From: Chthoniobacterales bacterium
Lineage (GTDB): Bacteria; Verrucomicrobiota; Verrucomicrobiia; Chthoniobacterales; JACTMZ01
Reading direction: 5' to 3'
DNA: 50,836 bases
Assembly: GCA_044371145.1 (NCBI GenBank)
Contig: JBILUI010000002.1
Span: 1 to 50,836 of the forward strand
Of the stretch, positions 42,567-50,836 are shown one piece after another; the stretch's first letter is position 1, and every line of letters starts with the position of its first letter. The notes under the pieces were generated by a model. It saw only the letters and a program-made list of their open reading frames with translations. It searched no databases and had not been told where the DNA came from. A program made the position numbers and the translations under genes.

Positions 42567-43414
42567 GGTTCTTCGTCTGAAATCACTTCCTCGCCCCTTC
42601 GCACCGCTGCAAGGGTAGAGCGCAAAGCATCGGAGCTGTCGCGAAAAGAAGCAACCACCGGATTGTCCGAGGTGGAAAATTCGACGGGGGTGCCGCAAAA
42701 ACAAATCCCGCCTTGGTAAAGCAAGGCCACGACCGAACTGGCCTCCAGGGCCTCGGGCACATCGTGCGTTACGATGAGTGCGGTAAAACCGAAGACCTTT
42801 TGGTATTTGGCGATCATGGCGAACACCGCGTTGCGCCGGAGAGGGTCGAGGCCCGCCGTGGGCTCGTCGAAAAACACCATTTCGGGCCGCGTCACGATGG
42901 CCCGGGCCAAGGCGAGGCGCTTCTGCATCCCGCCGGAAAGCATACTCGGGTAGTGATCCTTGTGATCCTCCAACTCCAACTGCTTCAGCGCGTCCACCGA
43001 GCGTTTGCGGATCTCGGACCGCGAAAGCGCCGTGGTTTGTTCCAACGGGAGCGCCACATTTTCCAGCGCGGTGAGCGAGTCGAAAAGCGCGTTGCCTTGG
43101 AATAGAAAACTGCAGCGACGGTGAAACTCGGCCCGCGCGTCTTTGCGGCGGAAATCCATGGCCTGTCCGTCGAAGGAGATTTTTCCCGCGTCCGGCTCCT
43201 CGATGTTGGCCAGGCACTTGAGCAATACCGATTTCCCCGCTCCGCTTGGTCCGAGAACGGTGAAAACGCTGCCGTGCGCGACGGAGAATCCGATCCCGCG
43301 CAAGACATTGCGCGGGCCGAAGCTCTTGTGCAGGTCTTCGACTTGCAGAATCGGCGCGCCCGAGCGGGGAGAGGCATGGCGCTGAGCCTGTGCTGTCGTG
43401 GAGATCGCAGACAT
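42563..43414 (-). CDS. mlaF: ABC transporter ATP-binding protein (MlaF-like)
   Basis: Walker A GPSGAGKS, signature LSGGMQKRLALARA, Walker B VFFDEPTAGLD. The start is set at MSAIS (43414). ATGA overlap with mlaD. Confidence 0.9.
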   Translation of the reverse strand: MSAISTTAQAQRHASPRSGAPILQVEDLHKSFGPRNVLRGIGFSVAHGSVFTVLGPSGAGKSVLLKCLANIEEPDAGKISFDGQAMDFRRKDARAEFHRRCSFLFQGNALFDSLTALENVALPLEQTTALSRSEIRKRSVDALKQLELEDHKDHYPSMLSGGMQKRLALARAIVTRPEMVFFDEPTAGLDPLRRNAVFAMIAKYQKVFGFTALIVTHDVPEALEASSVVALLYQGGICFCGTPVEFSTSDNPVVASFRDSSDALRSTLAAVRRGEEVISDEEP

Positions 43415-44286
43415 CAGACGAGGAAAGATGTGATCACGTAGTCGGCGGCGAGCACAGCGATGCAGGAAAGAACGACAGCCTTGGTTGTTGCGGCGCTGAC
43501 CGCGCGCGCGCCGGTCGATCCGCGGACGCGATGGGCGTGGAAGCCTTGGTAAGCGCAGATGCTGATGGTGAGCAGTCCGAAGGTGAGCGCTTTGGTGAAG
43601 CACTCGCGCACATCCGCCTCCTTGACCGCGCGCTCGACCGACGACCAATAGACACCGGGATCCACGCCGAGCAGCAATGATCCGGAGAGACTCCCTCCCC
43701 AAAGACCGACCACGACGAACAATGCGGTTTGCATTGGATAGGAAACGAGCGACGCGATCAGTCGCGGGGTGACAAGATAACCATGGCTGCTCACGCCCAT
43801 GGTTTCCAGTGCGGCGATCTGTTCCGAGTTGCGCTGGATACCCAGCTCCGCAGCAAGGGCCGACCCGGCTTGCCCTACAAGCATGATGGCGGCAAGCACC
43901 GGCGCCATTTCCCGGACCAGACTGAGAGAGACGAGCGCGCCGAGCAGTCCCTCCGATCCGAAGCGGTTGAGGACGTGGTAGCCCTGCAGCCCGAGAACCA
44001 ATCCGGTGAACAAGCCGACAATCAGAATGACGGGCATGCAGCGAAACCCCTGCTCGTAAATGGCACGCGCGATCCGCGAAGGAAGCCGCCGCGTGGCCAA
44101 AGCCGAGGCCACCGATTGCGCGACAAAGAGGGCGTAATCGCCCAAACCGCGCACACGCGTGACTACAAAGTTGCCGATGCTTCCGACCACCGCGCATCGT
44201 ATGGCAGAAAGAAGGGCCCGTGGCAAAGCCGCGCTGCTTCCGCGGCTTGTCCGACGCGGAAGCAGGCCTATGCTCGGCGAGGCCAT
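43414..44286 (-). CDS. mlaE: MlaE-like ABC permease
   Basis: ...IYEQGFRCMPVILIVGLFTGLVLGLQGY..., REMAPVLAAIMLVGQAGSALAAELG, MGVSSHGYLVTPRL. The N-terminus is uncertain. Met 44286 would overlap the bioA ATG head to head. Confidence 0.8.
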   Translation of the reverse strand: MASPSIGLLPRRTSRGSSAALPRALLSAIRCAVVGSIGNFVVTRVRGLGDYALFVAQSVASALATRRLPSRIARAIYEQGFRCMPVILIVGLFTGLVLGLQGYHVLNRFGSEGLLGALVSLSLVREMAPVLAAIMLVGQAGSALAAELGIQRNSEQIAALETMGVSSHGYLVTPRLIASLVSYPMQTALFVVVGLWGGSLSGSLLLGVDPGVYWSSVERAVKEADVRECFTKALTFGLLTISICAYQGFHAHRVRGSTGARAVSAATTKAVVLSCIAVLAADYVITSFLV

Positions 44287-45580
44287 GCGCAACGGGAGTC
44301 CCACGGAAATCGACAAAAAACACATCTGGCATCCCTTCACGCAGATGCGTGACTGGTGCGCGCCGGGGCACGATCCGCTGGTCATCAAGGAGGGACGCGG
44401 CAGTGTCCTCATCGATAACGAGGGGCGCGAATACCTTGATGGCAACAGTTCCATTTGGACCAATATTCACGGGCACTCCCATCCGCGCATTGTCCGCGCC
44501 ATACAAGAACAGGCGGCGAAATTGGCCCACAGTTCCTTTCTGGGTTTCACCAACGAGCCAGCCATCAGGTTGGCCCAAAAGCTTGTCGCGCTCTTCCCGC
44601 CGCAGACGCTAACGCGCGTTTTTTATTCCGATGACGGATCCACCGCCATCGAAGTCGCTCTGAAAATGGCCGTGCAATACAGCCAACTCACGGGAAATCC
44701 CGGGCGTTGCCGCTTTGCCGCCTTCGATCACGCTTACCATGGCGATACAGCCGGTGCGGCTAGCCTCGGCGGCATCGCCGCGTTCCACGACCGCTTTGCC
44801 CCGCTGAGTTTTCCAGTGCTTCGCGTCGACGGCTTGGCCGCGCTCGAAAGTCTCGACGCAGCAACCAAAGCGTCGCTGGCCGGCGTGGTCATCGAGCCAT
44901 TAGTCCAAGGCGCGGGCGGCATTCGCGCTTGGCCCGCAGGGCTGCTCCGCGAACTGCGCGCTTGGTGCGACCGGAACGGAATTTTCCTCATTCTTGACGA
45001 AGTCATGACGGGCTTCGGACGCACCGGAAAAATGTTCGCCTGCCAGCACGAAGACGTTGTTCCTGACTTCATCGCGCTGGCCAAAGGGTTGAGCGGCGGC
45101 ACCATGCCGCTTGCCGCCACGCTGACCACGGAAAAAGTGTTCTCCGCATTTCTTGGTGACTACGCGGAGATGAAGACGCTTTTTTACGGTCACAGCTACT
45201 GCGGCAACCCGCTCGGCTGCGCCTCGGCACTGGCCAGCCTAGATACTTTCGAGGAGGAGAAAACGCTCGAGCGACTCCAACCGAAAATCGCGAGGATGCG
45301 GGCTCTCTTGTCCGAATTGGCGCGGGAACCACACGTAGGCGAAATCCGCCAGTGCGGCTTCATCGCCGGTATCGATATCGTCGGCGCTCCCGGGGTTCCC
45401 TACCCGTGGCAAGAGCAGACAGGTGCCAAGGTTTGTCTGGCCGCCCGGCGGCACGGCCTGCTGACTCGGCCCATCCGGGACACGCTGGTTTTGATGCCGC
45501 CGCTTTGCTTCACGGAAGAGGAACTGGACAGGGCGGTAGGCGCGCTCCGGTCAGCCCTCCGCGATGTCTGCGTGGCTTGA
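44285..45580 (+). CDS. bioA: Adenosylmethionine-8-amino-7-oxononanoate aminotransferase
   Basis: HIWHPFTQM, WTNIHGH.HP, DEVMTGFGRTGKMFA (PLP Lys region), RPIRDTLVLMPPL. The start at 44285 gives an E. coli-like spacing before HIWHP. Confidence 0.9.
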   Translation: MRNGSPTEIDKKHIWHPFTQMRDWCAPGHDPLVIKEGRGSVLIDNEGREYLDGNSSIWTNIHGHSHPRIVRAIQEQAAKLAHSSFLGFTNEPAIRLAQKLVALFPPQTLTRVFYSDDGSTAIEVALKMAVQYSQLTGNPGRCRFAAFDHAYHGDTAGAASLGGIAAFHDRFAPLSFPVLRVDGLAALESLDAATKASLAGVVIEPLVQGAGGIRAWPAGLLRELRAWCDRNGIFLILDEVMTGFGRTGKMFACQHEDVVPDFIALAKGLSGGTMPLAATLTTEKVFSAFLGDYAEMKTLFYGHSYCGNPLGCASALASLDTFEEEKTLERLQPKIARMRALLSELAREPHVGEIRQCGFIAGIDIVGAPGVPYPWQEQTGAKVCLAARRHGLLTRPIRDTLVLMPPLCFTEEELDRAVGALRSALRDVCVA

Positions 45581-45661
45581 AGCGGCGGTCCGGCTTTGAC
45601 AGCGCATCGCTTTCCCGATAATCCTACGCGTTCTGTCCGATCCATTTTACAACCAAAATTC

Positions 45662-48421
<2,760 letters not shown>

Positions 48422-48443
48422 TACAGGGGATTTCCCTCCCGCC

Positions 48444-48478
48444 ATCCCGTCCCGCGTTCGCGCGGGACGGGATTTTTG
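48444..48478 (+). terminator. Rho-independent terminator after ppdK
   Basis: ATCCCGTCCCGCG-TTCG-CGCGGGACGGGAT (13-bp stem) followed by TTTTT. Confidence 0.85.
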
Positions 48479-48514
48479 TTTGCAAGACAGCCGAGAAGGA
48501 CGATTGTTCCTGAA

Positions 48515-50068
48515 ATGAAGTCAGCCCTCTGGGCGGCGCTGCTCTGCGCCGCCCTTTCCCATGGTGCGCAGGCGCGCGAAATCACGCTCCTGACTTATAA
48601 CGTCGAGAACCTCTTCGATGCCGACAAGGTCGCCATTTTCGAGGACTACGCCGAGACCGGCGAAACCGACGCCTATTCCCCGGAGAAGATGCTGCGCAAG
48701 ATGGAGGGAATCGCCAAGGTGCTGAAAACCTTCAACGACGGCGCCGGTCCCGACATCATCGCCTTCAACGAGCTGGAGCTCGACTTCACGCCCGACACGA
48801 AAGTCGGGGACTACGCGGCGTTCCTCGAGAAATACAAAGACACGACAGCCCGGGAAATGCTCACGTCGGAGTTGAATGACGAGATCCGCGGACTCCCCTC
48901 CGAGGCCCTGCTCCTCAAGCATCTCGCCGACGAGGGAATGACGGGCTACAGCATCGCCATCGGCGCAGACGAACCGGATTTCGCCGCCTTGGCCAGCACG
49001 GATCGGGGCGTGCGCAAGAAGGGCCAAAAAAGCGGTTTGTTCAGCAAGTTCCCAATCACGGACGTGAAAAGCCATGCCACGCCCGATGCGCGCGATGTGC
49101 TCGAGGTGACTTTGGACGTCGAAGGCCATCCGCTCATCGTTTTCGTCAATCACTGGAAATCCGGGGCTGGCAATCTTGATTCCGAGCAAAGCCGGCGCTT
49201 CAACGCCAAGACGGTGCGTGACCGTCTCGAGGCGATCTTCGCCGCGGATCCATCCGCCGATGTGGTCGTCACCGGCGACTTCAATTCGCACTACAACCAG
49301 TCGGCCGTCTACACCTTCATGGGCAAGACCGGGATCAACGATATCCTCGGCTCGCAGGGCGACGAAGCCGCGACTGCCGTGGCCACCAATCTGTCGCTTT
49401 ACAATCTGTGGCACGAGCTGCCCGAGGATAAGCGCGGTTCCGACCACTACGACGGCAAATGGGGAACCTTGATGCAGAGTCTGGTCACGCCGGGCCTCTA
49501 CGATCACAACGGGCTGCAATACGTGGACAACTCCTTCACCGTTATCGCGCTCGACGGGGACAATTCGGTGACCGAACTCAATCTTCCCCGCCGGTGGAGC
49601 AATCTGGGCGCTGGATGGGGTTTCAGCGATCACTTCCCGGTCGCTTTCCGCATCCGCACCATCTCCGACGGCGACAAGGCCAAGCGTCTCGAATTGACCG
49701 ATGCGGGCCGGGCGTGCGACGCGACCACCCAGCGTTCGGTGGGCTTCGACCGTCTCAAGGCGGACAAGGTGCCGGTCTTCAACGCGAAGGCGGCGGCCGA
49801 CCTCGGTGCCCGCATGGGAGAATTCTTCCGCGTGGAAGGCAAGATCGCCTCCCGCCGTCCCCTCACCCTCGAGACCGGAGGGAATAAGTATTCCCTTTGG
49901 GCCTCGGACAAGGAATCGGATGCGCTCCGTCCGATTCGCAAATTGCCGGTGGGATCCGAAGTCGAGCTCATCGGCCTGCTCTCGACGCACAAAGGCAAAC
50001 CGCAGTTCCTCATCGAGGATCCGTCGTGGATCCTTGAATACGAGGCCGCAGACAAGGACAAGGACTGA
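48515..50068 (+). CDS. Secreted endonuclease/exonuclease/phosphatase (EEP) family protein
   Basis: Signal peptide MKSALWAALLCAALSHGAQA. LLTYNVENLF, IIAFNELE, VFVNHWKS, VVTGDFNS, SDHFPV. A C-terminal region of about 130 aa follows, of unknown and possibly OB-like type. Confidence 0.8.
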   Translation: MKSALWAALLCAALSHGAQAREITLLTYNVENLFDADKVAIFEDYAETGETDAYSPEKMLRKMEGIAKVLKTFNDGAGPDIIAFNELELDFTPDTKVGDYAAFLEKYKDTTAREMLTSELNDEIRGLPSEALLLKHLADEGMTGYSIAIGADEPDFAALASTDRGVRKKGQKSGLFSKFPITDVKSHATPDARDVLEVTLDVEGHPLIVFVNHWKSGAGNLDSEQSRRFNAKTVRDRLEAIFAADPSADVVVTGDFNSHYNQSAVYTFMGKTGINDILGSQGDEAATAVATNLSLYNLWHELPEDKRGSDHYDGKWGTLMQSLVTPGLYDHNGLQYVDNSFTVIALDGDNSVTELNLPRRWSNLGAGWGFSDHFPVAFRIRTISDGDKAKRLELTDAGRACDATTQRSVGFDRLKADKVPVFNAKAAADLGARMGEFFRVEGKIASRRPLTLETGGNKYSLWASDKESDALRPIRKLPVGSEVELIGLLSTHKGKPQFLIEDPSWILEYEAADKDKD

Positions 50069-50088
50069 GATCAGAGGAGACAACGTGG

Positions 50089-50113
50089 ATCGCGCCGTCC
50101 CGGCGCGATTTTT
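50089..50113 (+). terminator. Rho-independent terminator after the EEP gene
   Basis: ATCGCGCCG-TCC-CGGCGCGAT followed by a T-run. Confidence 0.75.
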
Positions 50114-50123
50114 CAGTTTCTAA

Positions 50124-50145
50124 ATCGCGATAGGGACATCGCGAT
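50124..50145. repeat. ATCGCGAT-N6-ATCGCGAT hairpin motif (second copy at 32093-32114)
   Basis: ATCGCGAT AGGGAC ATCGCGAT CCAC here, and ATCGCGAT CGGGGC ATCGCGAT CCAC at 32093-32118. Both lie just 3' of a minus-strand gene in a convergent gap. Confidence 0.7.
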
Positions 50146-50162
50146 CCACACCGCGAGAGCCG

Positions 50163-50836
50163 CTACTCCCCGCGCTTTTCGATCGCCACGTAGTCCCGCT
50201 CGGTCTTGCCGTTGTAGACCTGGCGCGGACGGTGGATTTTCATTTTGGGATTGGTTGCCACTTCGCTCCAGTTGGCGATCCAGCCGGGCATGCGGCCGAT
50301 GGCGAACATGACCGGGAACATGTCGACCGGAATGCCGATGGCGCGGAGAATGATGCCGCTGTAGAAATCCACATTCGGATAAAGTTTACGCGAAACAAAA
50401 TACTCGTCCTTGAGCGCCACATCCTCGAGGTGCATGGCGATGCCCAGGAGCGGATCGTTGATGCCCATCGAGGTCAGGACGCGCTTGGCCGCTTCGCCGA
50501 GGATGCGCGCGCGCGGATCGTAATTCTTGTAGACGCGATGACCAAAACCCATGAGGCGGCGCTCGCCCTTCTTGGCCGCCTCGACCGCCTTGCGTCCATC
50601 GTCACCCGAAGCCGCGATCTCCTCGAGCATCTCGATGACGGCCGCGTTGGCCCCGCCGTGTAAGGGGCCCCAAAGGGCGCTGACCCCGGCGGAAACGCTG
50701 GCAAAAAGGTTGGCCCCGCTCGAAGCGACCATGCGCACCGTCGAAGTGCTGCAGTTCTGCTCGTGATCGGCGTGCAGAAGAAGAATCAGCTCGAGCGCGT
50801 CGGTGACTTCCGGCTTCGGATTGTAGTCGTGATACG
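50163..50836 (-). CDS. gltA: Citrate synthase (type II), N-terminal part outside window
   Basis: The frame is open to the window end. [55 protein letters not shown]. Confidence 0.95.
   Translation of the reverse strand, partial: YHDYNPKPEVTDALELILLLHADHEQNCSTSTVRMVASSGANLFASVSAGVSALWGPLHGGANAAVIEMLEEIAASGDDGRKAVEAAKKGERRLMGFGHRVYKNYDPRARILGEAAKRVLTSMGINDPLLGIAMHLEDVALKDEYFVSRKLYPNVDFYSGIILRAIGIPVDMFPVMFAIGRMPGWIANWSEVATNPKMKIHRPRQVYNGKTERDYVAIEKRGE

Overview
GC-rich chromosomal window. The gene content looks like the PVC superphylum, probably Verrucomicrobiota/Opitutales-like: a PEP-CTERM protein, a prepilin-type H-X9-DG protein, PPi-dependent PFK plus PpdK. That taxonomic call is inference only. 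All family names come from reading motifs in the supplied translations. No BLAST, HMM or Rfam search was run, and all identity counts were made by eye.

The window splits in two.

(1) nt 1-10,500 is accessory and heavily rearranged. A surface-glycan locus has been invaded by a mosaic, almost entirely plus-strand array of small toxin-antitoxin-type cassettes. The glycan locus comprises a WcaF-like acetyltransferase, a GT2 remnant and a WecB/TagA-type GT26, with the priming sugar transferase further on at 12.5 kb. The cassettes are:
- UPF0175 with a kinase-like protein
- an antitoxin-like ORF with DUF4926
- DUF433/DUF5615
- UPF0175/DUF3368
- an orphan MNT nucleotidyltransferase
- a second DUF433
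- DUF2442
- a MazEF-like pair
- VapBC

The island also holds several gene fragments and in-frame or out-of-frame chimeras. These include diverged second copies of the host's own acetyltransferase 3' end, wecB-like gene and comM 3' end. Cassette boundaries carry three things no gene explains:
- a four-copy structured element of about 160-220 nt ending in a rho-independent terminator
- three identical stand-alone copies of that terminator
- strand-asymmetric purine-rich tracts with a visible 8-nt periodicity

This boundary-element system is the most unusual thing I can see. No recombinase, transposase, reverse transcriptase, CRISPR array, tRNA or rRNA is visible anywhere in the window.

(2) nt 10,500-50,836 is ordinary core genome: comM, a priming sugar transferase, a sigma-70 factor, pyk, acnA, lepA, a large GH13 enzyme, an acyl-CoA ligase, a CYTH protein, rfbD, a TetR regulator, pdxH, pfp, a deoxyhypusine-synthase-like gene, an M42 peptidase, a MATE pump, metX/metY, an mlaAFEDC-type cluster, bioA, ppdK, a secreted EEP nuclease/phosphatase and gltA (partial). 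Only minor curiosities were found there.
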